Shown in pieces: positions 49,045 through 57,928 of a stretch of DNA of 64,000 nt. The position numbers were made by a program, and so were the translations under genes. Location: positions 325,386-389,385 of the forward strand of contig JBBACR010000001.1 of the NCBI GenBank assembly GCA_041656875.1, read 5' to 3'. The stretch's first letter is position 1, and each line of letters begins with the position of its first letter. The notes beneath the pieces are model-generated. The model saw only the letters and a program-made list of their open reading frames with translations, searched no databases and had not been told where the DNA came from. Source of the DNA: Candidatus Pacearchaeota archaeon. Lineage in GTDB: Archaea > Nanobdellota > Nanobdellia > Pacearchaeales > GW2011-AR1.

Positions 49045-49289
49045 TATATTAAAACTTTAACAATTTTTGAATCAAAAGATCCATTACTTTCAACGATAAC
49101 AAATTGCTTGGGATACTTTGAATTTTCATTTAAATTTATCGCATGAATTTCACATTCTTCAGCAGAATCAAAATAATGTTTAAATTTACCGGTTGCTGTT
49201 TTTGAATTTTTATTACCTTGTACTCTTAGTGAGCCGTATTGATAATAATATAAAAGATATGTTAACATTTTTTGTTTGTTTAATTGTTA

Positions 49290-49328
49290 AAAATCAAATA
49301 TACAACATTAATGAAGCAATAGCAATAG
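49290..49328 (-). promoter_or_regulatory. Class I host-type promoter
   Basis: Copy of the 39-bp motif. Confidence 0.85.
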
Positions 49329-49336
49329 ATTATGCA

Positions 49337-49678
49337 TTAAAATTTTTCTGGCTCTCCTTGTTTTTCTTCAATTAATTTGTAAAATTCTGCATGAATTCCA
49401 GGCCAAGATGAATGCACTCTATATGCAGGAAATTTAACATTTTGTTTTTCGCATTCTTTTTTCAAATATTCAGCACAATCCAAACCTGTTTTAGGACCAA
49501 GTATGTTATAATCGAAAGATACAAAATTTGGAATACCGTTTTCCTCAATTACATTGATAAAATCGCCATACGATAACGCTAATTTGAATTCCGCAGTATC
49601 ATAAATTGATTCATCACCAGGATAATCACGACAATGTTTTGGTTGACGTTCATCGTCAAGAAATAAATTATAACTCAT
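49337..49678 (-). CDS. Cyclic-phosphate processing receiver-like domain protein
   Basis: LFLDDER.P, SY..F, VSFD, TG.DCA..L, VHS; likely start MSYNL. Confidence 0.75.
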   Translation of the reverse strand: MSYNLFLDDERQPKHCRDYPGDESIYDTAEFKLALSYGDFINVIEENGIPNFVSFDYNILGPKTGLDCAEYLKKECEKQNVKFPAYRVHSSWPGIHAEFYKLIEEKQGEPEKF

Positions 49679-50171
49679 AAGTTGCAAGTTTTTCGTTTAA
49701 TTCGTTAATGTATTTTTGGTAAGAATTGATTGTGTTTTTTATTTCAGCAATTTTACGTTCGCGAACAAGTTTTATTTTTGTTGCAATTTCTTCATCGGTT
49801 GCTTTGCGAAATTGCCCTAGCATTAAACCCATATCAGAATCAGCAACTGAAACCGTTTCACCATAGTTATAGAATTTTTCAATTTGATATGCTTCACCAA
49901 CGTTTCCTTCGCTATTGTAATTTACGTAGTATTCAGCAAATCTTTTTCCTTTTACCGGAGCGTGATTATCTAAAGCAGTAACCCAATCACCAACTTTTAA
50001 ATTTTCAAATGATGTTATCATGCCTTGTTTAAGATATGACTCATACATTTCTTTTGCTTCGGAATAATTTTCAGGTTTGTACGGATATAAATTACGCAAT
50101 GTTTTCAACATTTTTGCCGAATGATTACGGTATGCAGTTGATGCGTTTATATATTTTTTATTGGTTTCCAT
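49668..50171 (-). CDS. Hypothetical protein (5' end possibly frameshifted)
   Basis: 167 aa; open frame extends upstream nearly to ATG 50281, which is out of frame. Confidence 0.6.
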   Translation of the reverse strand: METNKKYINASTAYRNHSAKMLKTLRNLYPYKPENYSEAKEMYESYLKQGMITSFENLKVGDWVTALDNHAPVKGKRFAEYYVNYNSEGNVGEAYQIEKFYNYGETVSVADSDMGLMLGQFRKATDEEIATKIKLVRERKIAEIKNTINSYQKYINELNEKLATYEL

Positions 50172-50311
50172 AATGAGTGCTGCGCGATTAACACCTGCGG
50201 TATTGCAAAGGGAATTATCTTTAACGATATGAGATATAAGACGTTTATATATGCAATGATTTCTTTTGGATTTGTTATCATATTTTTAAAATTTTGTTTT
50301 GTTTAATTGTT

Positions 50312-50350
50312 AAAATCAAATATACAACATTAATGAAGCAATAGCAATAG
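50312..50350 (-). promoter_or_regulatory. Class I host-type promoter
   Basis: Identical 39-mer to 49290-49328. Confidence 0.85.
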
Positions 50351-50757
50351 TTATGCAACTTTTTTTATTTTTAATGTTAACATAAATTTTGACATCAACA
50401 AATCTCGAAATCTTCTAAGAACTTCGGGCTTATCCATTTCTGAACCAATTTTGACTGTAAAGAAAATATCAAATTCGTCATGTTTAATATAAGTACCGCC
50501 GCATTGCGCCGCGCCTACAAATAAGTATTGTAATGCTTTTTCTGCCGTCATTTTATTTAAAGATAAATTTAACAATTGCTATCTGTTCATCAACGGTATA
50601 TCCGTTTTTTATTCCTTCTTCAATATCTTTTGATATGTTATTCATGCGAACAATAATTCTATCATCTGATAAGAATTCTTGCCAATCAGATTCATTCATC
50701 CAAGATTCTCTGAAAACATCTGATAGCAATTTTTTGATTTCTTTTTCGTATTTCATA

Positions 50758-51171
50758 TTACCCGAAAATTACTTCTTGATACACTATTGATTGTAAAAGC
50801 GAATCTGCAGTACATGCATCATCATTGCCTTCAACGTAATCAATTAAAGTTGTTGCCGGTGCAAACTTGTAGTTTTCATGCACCATTTCTAGGGTAATTT
50901 CGCGATTATATTCGCCTTCGCATTCCTCATCAATAATTTGCAATGTTTTACCATTTCTCAATATTTCAACAAGTACATCTTCGAAACAAATAGTTTCACT
51001 TGGGATTTCGTTGTTCAACATTTTTGCTTTAAGTGAACATTTTGCATCAAGATAATCGGATTGCATATAGTCAAGTCGTAAACCGTATCCTTGGAATTCA
51101 GAAATTCCGCCATTGCATAAAGCTGAATGAAAGTATTCTTCAGCTTCTTTTTTTGATAAAATAATTTCCAT
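50758..51171 (-). CDS. Hypothetical acidic protein
   Basis: DA..AD..LQ......VIFG C-terminus; 137 aa. Confidence 0.65.
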   Translation of the reverse strand: MEIILSKKEAEEYFHSALCNGGISEFQGYGLRLDYMQSDYLDAKCSLKAKMLNNEIPSETICFEDVLVEILRNGKTLQIIDEECEGEYNREITLEMVHENYKFAPATTLIDYVEGNDDACTADSLLQSIVYQEVIFG

Positions 51172-51603
51172 ATTCTTATTTTGCTAAAAGTGAATCAAAT
51201 ATTTCTTTTTGCGATTTTGTCATATCAGGAACGTATATGAATTCATAATTCTCATATGCATGTTCGATACGTAACATTTTTACTCGTCTTGAATAAATGC
51301 CATTTGCTGTTTCTTCAATTTGCTCGATGATATCATCAGTATCATCAGTATGTGGTTTTGCTACTGCAATTGCGGTTAGTCTTGCAATGTATTCTGCTTT
51401 TTCTTTTTGCAAGGAATCAGGAACTTCGTCGTTAATTGATATTTTGTACTTTGGATACTCCTGGCTTTTCCATTGCGCCTTTTGATTTTGGTGTACACGC
51501 AATAACAAATAATGTTAAAATTATAGCAATAGCATTGGCAGATACAACAAAACGTGTGATATAACATTTCATAATTTTAAGATTTAAGATTTATCAATTA
51601 ATT

Positions 51604-51642
51604 AAAATCAAATATACAACATTATGAATGCAATAGCAATGG
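51604..51642 (-). promoter_or_regulatory. Class I host-type promoter
   Basis: Copy of the 39-bp motif. Confidence 0.85.
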
Positions 51643-51670
51643 TTTATGCAAATATTTTCAAAAAATGTGT

Positions 51671-51701
51671 AAAAAAAAAGGAACCCGATTGAGTTCCTTT
51701 G
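51671..51701 (-). terminator. Rho-independent terminator after the leader-gene pair
   Basis: AAAGGAACTC-AATC-GGGTTCCTTT followed by poly-T on minus. Confidence 0.85.
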
Positions 51702-51722
51702 TGATGTTATAATAATGTATGT

Positions 51723-52364
51723 TTATTTGTTATATTTCTTACCGCTGAATACATCGGATTTGATGACATAGTTTACTAATTTTTGAGATCCCATGTCAAA
51801 TAAGTTATTTGTTGAAACAATAAAACACCAATCAGAATACATTTTTATAACAAATACATCCTTTGCAACTTCGTTTACTTTGCCGCCATCATGCGACAAT
51901 TTCTTTAACGCTAATTTAGGACTATCTGCAGATACTGTTGTTGAACCGTAGTTATTGCCTCTATTTGCTAATGCGCTTTCAATTGCTCCTTTGATTGTTT
52001 CTTTACCGACGCCGCCCATGCTAACACTTATGACATAATATTCTGTTCCGTATTCGATAAGACCCCACTTATTTAATTGTTTTGCAATTGCTGGATATTT
52101 TTCTGGCGTAAATAAATCAAAGTGTGATTCAAAGTCAGAAATTTCTACATCACTATAATGTTCTTGATTAGGATTTGCATACGTTAAGTATACATACTGT
52201 TTTTTTGGAGAATATTGTGCAGCTTTCTTTATATACGGTTCTCCCTTTAAAAACCTTCCTATGTCACCATTCAAATTACTTGTGCATATATAAATTTCTA
52301 ATGGCTTTTTAGCAGCTTCATTAACAAATTCAAAGCTATCAAATGTAGGTATTCTGTTTTTCAT
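51723..52364 (-). CDS. RIP-leader protein
   Basis: MKNRIPTFDSFEFVNE. Confidence 0.8.
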   Translation of the reverse strand: MKNRIPTFDSFEFVNEAAKKPLEIYICTSNLNGDIGRFLKGEPYIKKAAQYSPKKQYVYLTYANPNQEHYSDVEISDFESHFDLFTPEKYPAIAKQLNKWGLIEYGTEYYVISVSMGGVGKETIKGAIESALANRGNNYGSTTVSADSPKLALKKLSHDGGKVNEVAKDVFVIKMYSDWCFIVSTNNLFDMGSQKLVNYVIKSDVFSGKKYNK

Positions 52365-52366
52365 AA

Positions 52367-52939
52367 TTACTTTTTCTTTTTATTGCATTCGTATAAATTT
52401 GATGTAATTTGTGGTGGCAATTGCTCAAATTTCATATCAGCATATTTTTCACAATCATCAGGATCTTCGCACGCGCCAGATACTGCTTCACATCTATCAT
52501 CAAAACTCATTTTATCCCATGTTTGTTTTGTAATAAGAACTTGTTTGCCTTCATTTGTTTTGATTTCATCATACAGTTCTTTCAACTTCTTACCGCCAAA
52601 TTTGCTTATAAGATTTTTAAATTCGTCTTTGAATCTTTTTTCAAATTCCGCAAAAGTATCGCATTCATCAGCTAATGCATAAACGTCAGAAAGATCTGAT
52701 TCGTTTACAAAACTTTCATTTGTTTCGCTTTGAACTCTGTTATACAACTCGTGCAATTTCACACCTTTAAAATTACGAACAAATTGTTTAAAATCTACGT
52801 TAAATCTTTTGTCGAATTCTTCAAATGTATCACATTCTTTTGCTAACGATTCTATATCAGATAGTATGTCAGATATTTCTTTTTCATTAACTTTTGATTC
52901 GTTGATGTATTCATCGAGTGTAGGTATTCTTCTTTCCAT
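52367..52939 (-). CDS. RIP-leader protein with internal domain duplication
   Basis: MERRIPTLDEYINESKVNE; LSD...LA.ECDTF.EF.KRF...FK twice, separated by ETNESFVNE. Confidence 0.8.
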   Translation of the reverse strand: MERRIPTLDEYINESKVNEKEISDILSDIESLAKECDTFEEFDKRFNVDFKQFVRNFKGVKLHELYNRVQSETNESFVNESDLSDVYALADECDTFAEFEKRFKDEFKNLISKFGGKKLKELYDEIKTNEGKQVLITKQTWDKMSFDDRCEAVSGACEDPDDCEKYADMKFEQLPPQITSNLYECNKKKK

Positions 52940-52948
52940 TATATGTAC

Positions 52949-52964
52949 TTTATTTTATATATTC
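52949..52964 (-). promoter_or_regulatory. Class III (late-type) promoter
   Basis: GAATATATAAAATAAA 9 nt before the ATG. Confidence 0.65.
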
Positions 52965-52967
52965 CAA

Positions 52968-54374
52968 TTATTTAATAGCATTTATATAATAATTTCGCTC
53001 AAAGTATTTAGTCAAACTTCCATGCATATCAGGACCATAATTTTTGAATGATTTTTCTAAATTTGAATACGATGGCCTTTGGAATACCGTCATGGGAACT
53101 GCAAGATACGATTTGTCATTTCTTTGAATATCGCATAAAATCCAATCCCATATGTCTCTAAGGTTATTATCGTTTAAATCTGTTATATGTTCTGTTCTTT
53201 TAATAATTTCATCAAATACCGTATGATTGTAACATATTGCATGCGCTAACAAACCTTCCTTCAATTTCAATAAATTGGCAGATGATTGAAAAACATAAGT
53301 ATTTAACCAAACGCCAAAATACAAAAGTTCCCAATCAGTTTCCTGCACTTGACACGTTGCTTTATAAATTGTATTATGAACAGACTTTGCATTACGGAAA
53401 ATTACATCATCTTCAAATATCAGGATATTTTTTAATCCTTTATCTTTTGCATATTTTATTAATGTAGAAAAAGATTTCAAACAGCCTAACGGGCCATTTT
53501 CATTTTCGATTGCAGAGAATCTTTTAACCCTATCTTTAATTCCAATTGCATCAAATTCGATTAAGCATTCTTCCCATCTATCTTTACGGCTATCTAAATT
53601 GATACACCAAATTTCTTCAAAAAAATCAAATGGATTGTGTAAAGGCTCACTGTTTATCGTTTTGAATTGTGGCGTTATACCAGCAGCAATTAATTCGGTT
53701 GAAAATGTTTCTTCTGATTCAATAAAATCTTTTATGTATCTTTGGTTATACATTTTAATACAAAGATTCTTATGGTAATCAATTACGTTTTGAGCGTCAG
53801 AATACGATTCATATTGCAATGCAATCATGGGTGATGCCATTACTGTTATGTTATCATATTGTAATTTTTGCAATTTTACATCGTATATGTTTTCATGCGT
53901 ATCGGTATACGAATTTTCATTGAATAATGATATTACTGAATCGTATATGTTTGCATTATAGCAAACAGCATGTGTATACGCAGCATCACGTATTTTTGCA
54001 AGGTTAGGTCGAATATGTCCAAAATCATGAACTACATATGCACCAAAATAAAATAAAGACCAATTGATTTCTTTTAATTGATTTACGCAGTTGCTTATTG
54101 TATTGATGTCAGCTGTAAATTCTACATCATCCTCAAATATAAGAATGTTTTTCAATCCTTTATCTTTTGCATATTTAATTATTGCAACATTCGATTTTAT
54201 AATTCCATCGATGTGTGATTCGTGATTTTCAATTGCCGAAAACCGTTGAACACGATGCTCTATGCCAATTTTAGAAAATTCTTCAAGCGCATGATTCCAT
54301 CTGTCTTTTCGACGGTCTAAATTAATACACCAAATTTCTTCAAAAAAATCAAAAGGGTTTGTGTCTATTGACAT
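52968..54374 (-). CDS. Tandem double glycosyltransferase family 25 protein
   Basis: Two copies of NPFDFFEEIWCINLD.RKDRW...RFSAI...ILIFEDDV...HA.CY...D. Confidence 0.9.
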   Translation of the reverse strand: MSIDTNPFDFFEEIWCINLDRRKDRWNHALEEFSKIGIEHRVQRFSAIENHESHIDGIIKSNVAIIKYAKDKGLKNILIFEDDVEFTADINTISNCVNQLKEINWSLFYFGAYVVHDFGHIRPNLAKIRDAAYTHAVCYNANIYDSVISLFNENSYTDTHENIYDVKLQKLQYDNITVMASPMIALQYESYSDAQNVIDYHKNLCIKMYNQRYIKDFIESEETFSTELIAAGITPQFKTINSEPLHNPFDFFEEIWCINLDSRKDRWEECLIEFDAIGIKDRVKRFSAIENENGPLGCLKSFSTLIKYAKDKGLKNILIFEDDVIFRNAKSVHNTIYKATCQVQETDWELLYFGVWLNTYVFQSSANLLKLKEGLLAHAICYNHTVFDEIIKRTEHITDLNDNNLRDIWDWILCDIQRNDKSYLAVPMTVFQRPSYSNLEKSFKNYGPDMHGSLTKYFERNYYINAIK

Positions 54375-54617
54375 ATTTATTCTTTATGAAAGATTGCTTC
54401 TAATATTTTGTTATCTGATTCCAAGAATTCTTGTACCTCAGCATAAGGTTTTAAAACAATGTATATTTCATTTACACCGTTTTTATCTTTTGTTCCAATA
54501 AATTCGATGCGGGTTGTATGTTTCTCTCTCCAGTTATTTGATATTTTACAAGTTCCTAAGATTAGAGTTTCTGCACCGCCGTTGATTATTTTCATGATTT
54601 CATAACATTATTTTATG

Positions 54618-54920
54618 TTATGGAGTTTTAAGTGATGCTACGCATTCTCTATAGCATGTCCACAATTTATTATCAATTTCGTATAACTTATTAACGTTTT
54701 CACGTTCGTCAGACCAAGGAATTTGAACTTTAAAATGATACACATTTTCTAGAACTTTGCCTGTTCCGTTACAATTTTCGCATGTCACAAAAGTACTATC
54801 TCTAAATCCATGTTCCTCTCGTTTACCACTGCCTTTACACGTTTCGCATAACTTAATATCCATTGTTTTATATATTACTTTGTTGTTGGACTTTCGAATG
54901 TTTATCTGATACTTTGGCAC
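54618..54920 (-). CDS. DnaJ-type Zn-finger protein
   Basis: CETCKGSG and CENCNGTG. Confidence 0.75.
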   Translation of the reverse strand: MPKYQINIRKSNNKVIYKTMDIKLCETCKGSGKREEHGFRDSTFVTCENCNGTGKVLENVYHFKVQIPWSDERENVNKLYEIDNKLWTCYRECVASLKTP

Positions 54921-55107
54921 GTTCTTTTTCTAATGCACGTGTGATTTTACTCTTTGGAAAGAAAACCCTAATTAAAGAAACCGGAACTAAGGGTGCCCAC
55001 CAAAATGTTAACCAAATAGGAATATGTCCTATTGCAAATAATGAAACTAAAATTGCAACAACTGCTATTCCGATTGTTCCAAAAAATATGTAATCAGCTA
55101 TTCTCAT
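54868..55107 (-). CDS. Small membrane protein
   Basis: Two hydrophobic segments and a basic tail. Confidence 0.6.
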   Translation of the reverse strand: MRIADYIFFGTIGIAVVAILVSLFAIGHIPIWLTFWWAPLVPVSLIRVFFPKSKITRALEKERAKVSDKHSKVQQQSNI

Positions 55108-55811
55108 TAATATGCATTTAAGTGTGCCATCAATTCAATTACGCCTGATGTTGCTGGTTTTTGTATATGAACAAAAGAGACATCAGATTTTGAATTTACT
55201 TCAGCAGGGTCGATTAAATAAATTTCAGTTGTGGTTGCAATATCAAGTAATGATGCTGCAGGATATACTTGTAAGCTTGTTCCTACAACGACAACAATAT
55301 CAGCATCACGTACAATTTTTGCAGCTTCATGCATTTTAGGAACTGCTTCGCCAAAGAACACAACAGCAGGTCTGTAATCAGGTCTTTCTTTTAAATCTAA
55401 AGGAGCGTATCCTATATCAATTGTTTGCGAATTATCACCTCTTAATACATAAACAGGATCTTGGTCTTTACGAATTTTTGTTAATTCACCATGAATATGT
55501 AAAATATTTGTACTTCCCGCTCGTTCGTGTAAATCATCAACGTTTTGTGTAATCACATGTACGTCAAAGTGTTTTTCAAGTCGGACGATATTAAAATGCG
55601 CGCTATTGGGTTTTATTGATTCAAGATCTTTTCGTCTTTCATTATAAAACTCATTCATTTTATCTTTCATCGAATGCCAAGATCTGATATTTGCATATAC
55701 AGCAGGATCATATTTTTCCCATAAGCCCCCTTTGTCACGATATGTATCAATTCCGCTTTCTTTTGAAATACCAGCACCTGTTATGAATACTAATTTTTGT
55801 TTCTTTTCCAT
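55107..55811 (-). CDS. cobB: Sir2-family NAD-dependent deacylase
   Basis: TGAGIS.ESGI.T.R, TQNVDDLHERAG, HG.L, RP.VV.FGE, GTSLQVYPAA. Confidence 0.95.
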   Translation of the reverse strand: MEKKQKLVFITGAGISKESGIDTYRDKGGLWEKYDPAVYANIRSWHSMKDKMNEFYNERRKDLESIKPNSAHFNIVRLEKHFDVHVITQNVDDLHERAGSTNILHIHGELTKIRKDQDPVYVLRGDNSQTIDIGYAPLDLKERPDYRPAVVFFGEAVPKMHEAAKIVRDADIVVVVGTSLQVYPAASLLDIATTTEIYLIDPAEVNSKSDVSFVHIQKPATSGVIELMAHLNAY

Positions 55812-56290
55812 TATTCTAAATTTTGTGTTATTACCGATATTGACTTAAGTGATTCAATCAACGCTTCTCTTGCTGGTAAATGTTTCCTACATGTGTATGT
55901 AATTGATAAAAATCCTAATATAAATTGTAAAGAATATTTTTCAGTTGACAATTTTGCTAGAATGTCATTGCATTCTTCGTATTTTTTTTCAATACATAAA
56001 TCATCAAGTCTATCCATTACAAAATCTAATACACGTGCAGTACTTTCCATTGAAATAATGCAATCTAGCATTATGTAAAATGCTTTTGTTTTATCTTCGA
56101 TACTTAAATCCGATTTATCTTCTTTATACATTGGATTATTTGGGTCAATGCATAAGTCAATTTCTCTGATTAAACCGCATGCTTCACGCCATGTGTATTC
56201 GTTTGTTTGTTCACCAATATTATTTGCAATATGTTCTAGAAACTTTTTTGTTTCTAGCAGTACCATATTTAGATGTTCGTTATTCTTCAT
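55811..56290 (-). CDS. Hypothetical protein
   Basis: 159 aa ORF. Confidence 0.6.
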   Translation of the reverse strand: MKNNEHLNMVLLETKKFLEHIANNIGEQTNEYTWREACGLIREIDLCIDPNNPMYKEDKSDLSIEDKTKAFYIMLDCIISMESTARVLDFVMDRLDDLCIEKKYEECNDILAKLSTEKYSLQFILGFLSITYTCRKHLPAREALIESLKSISVITQNLE

Positions 56291-56669
56291 CGTTATTCTT
56301 TAATTTTCTCAACTCGAGTATTCGCATATTAGGATTATTATTAATTTCTTGTTTTATCCAATCAGCATATTGTGCAGCAGTTTCTACTGAATCGAAATAC
56401 AAACAAATTGACTTTGCATCTTCATTATTGCCTTGACATATGAGGATATATGGTCTCAAATAAACCGCATTATCAATAATTGCATAATAAGATAGCGCGC
56501 CAATATCTTCTAATGTAACTTTTGTTTGCTTAAACGTTACATCATTTTGTTTATTTTTTATGCATTCAGTTAATTTTGTTGTATAGATAGTATGCAAAGA
56601 TTTATCATGAACTTCGATATCTCTAATATTATTTACATTAATGTATCTTTTAAATAGCATCCTTTTCAA
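56280..56669 (-). CDS. Hypothetical protein
   Basis: 129 aa ORF. Confidence 0.55.
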   Translation of the reverse strand: MKRMLFKRYINVNNIRDIEVHDKSLHTIYTTKLTECIKNKQNDVTFKQTKVTLEDIGALSYYAIIDNAVYLRPYILICQGNNEDAKSICLYFDSVETAAQYADWIKQEINNNPNMRILELRKLKNNDEE

Positions 56670-57057
56670 TTATTAAGTTATTTTTTAAATTATCTATCAT
56701 GTATCGACGCCATAATCTGCTAACAGGATGTGGCAATTTTTTATGTTCAACTTTTAAATCGTCAAGTGCTTTACCAGCAGTTTTACCACATGCAATTATT
56801 GCAAACCAAGAATCTCTATCAATTGCTGATTTAACCCATTTTAAATCAACAGGAAACTTTGTATCTTTGTTATCTGCAATTTCTGGAGTTGTTTCAGTAA
56901 ACCAAAGTTCAAAGTGTTCTTCAAGAGAAAGCAGTCTTGAATATGTTGCGTTTTTTCGATTGATGATTCTTGTATCATATACAGGAATCTTGAACTTGTT
57001 TTTACGATATCCGTAAAAATTTTCAAGTACAATAAGTATTTTTGGTTTTTCTTCCAT
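56650..57057 (-). CDS. Uracil-DNA glycosylase-superfamily-like protein
   Basis: KILIVLEN, IIACGKTA, LPHPVS. Confidence 0.55.
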   Translation of the reverse strand: MEEKPKILIVLENFYGYRKNKFKIPVYDTRIINRKNATYSRLLSLEEHFELWFTETTPEIADNKDTKFPVDLKWVKSAIDRDSWFAIIACGKTAGKALDDLKVEHKKLPHPVSRLWRRYMIDNLKNNLIIEKDAI

Positions 57058-57275
57058 TACGCAATAAGTAATACTTTTGATGCAATTCTTTCAACATTTT
57101 CAATATTTGTTTCTTTTGCAGTTTTTAATGCTGCAAGATAACCGTCAATGTATCCTTCTTTGGCAGCACCAAATTTATCTTCGGAAATTCTACCGACAGC
57201 ATGCAATCCGTTATATGTATGAAATTTATCTTCAGCGTATTGCCATGCAACAAATTCTAGTTCATCATTCTCCAT
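57057..57275 (-). CDS. Hypothetical protein
   Basis: Start moved to MENDELEF just after a class II promoter; A.QYAE...GYIDGY.AA. Confidence 0.6.
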   Translation of the reverse strand: MENDELEFVAWQYAEDKFHTYNGLHAVGRISEDKFGAAKEGYIDGYLAALKTAKETNIENVERIASKVLLIA

Positions 57276-57291
57276 TGGTATCAATTTTATT

Positions 57292-57912
57292 TTATATACA
57301 CAATGAAGGAAAAGTTTTACTATACAGCCATTCAGAAACAATTCTTTCGCAAAAAGTACCTCTTACTTCTTCACGTTCAGGATGCCATTGAACAAGCATA
57401 CAATTATCGCCTGCCCACGCCATTTCTATAATGCCATCATCTGATTTTGCAACAGGATGGATATCTTGTCCCAATGTTTTTATTGCTTGATGATGTCTTG
57501 AATTAACTTCAGCTTGCATTCCATTGATTGCAATAAAATGCCAACTTGATTCTAAAGATGGCAGTGGCTCATTTGCAATTGCAACTGCATTTGCCGAATG
57601 ATTTATTTTTGTTTGCGTTTCATTTAAAATGTCACCGTATAAAGTGCCGCCTAATGCAACATTTACTAATTGTAAACCACGGCAGATACCAAGAACTGGG
57701 ATATTTCCGTATGCTGAACCAAACCATTTTGTTTCTCTTAAATCTCGTTCAAAATTTTTACCAATATCAGCTCCACCACAAAGTAATAACATGCTAAATT
57801 TATCGGTTATGAGTTCATCTTCGTTAAGTACATGGTATTTCAATTGACGGTATTCAAGCCATTCTAAATAATTATTTAGTTGATTCTTATGTGGCGGTGC
57901 AACTGCTATCAT
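57292..57912 (-). CDS. Class I glutamine amidotransferase / peptidase C26 (PuuD-like)
   Basis: LLLCGGADI, LGICRGLQ..NV..GGTL, VNSRHHQAI, VQWHPE. Confidence 0.92.
   Translation of the reverse strand: MIAVAPPHKNQLNNYLEWLEYRQLKYHVLNEDELITDKFSMLLLCGGADIGKNFERDLRETKWFGSAYGNIPVLGICRGLQLVNVALGGTLYGDILNETQTKINHSANAVAIANEPLPSLESSWHFIAINGMQAEVNSRHHQAIKTLGQDIHPVAKSDDGIIEMAWAGDNCMLVQWHPEREEVRGTFCERIVSEWLYSKTFPSLCI
57293..57317 (-). promoter_or_regulatory. Class II promoter
   Basis: AAACT-N12-TGTATATA within the 3' end of the GATase gene. Confidence 0.7.
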
Positions 57913-57928
57913 TTTGCTTTCATTTAAA

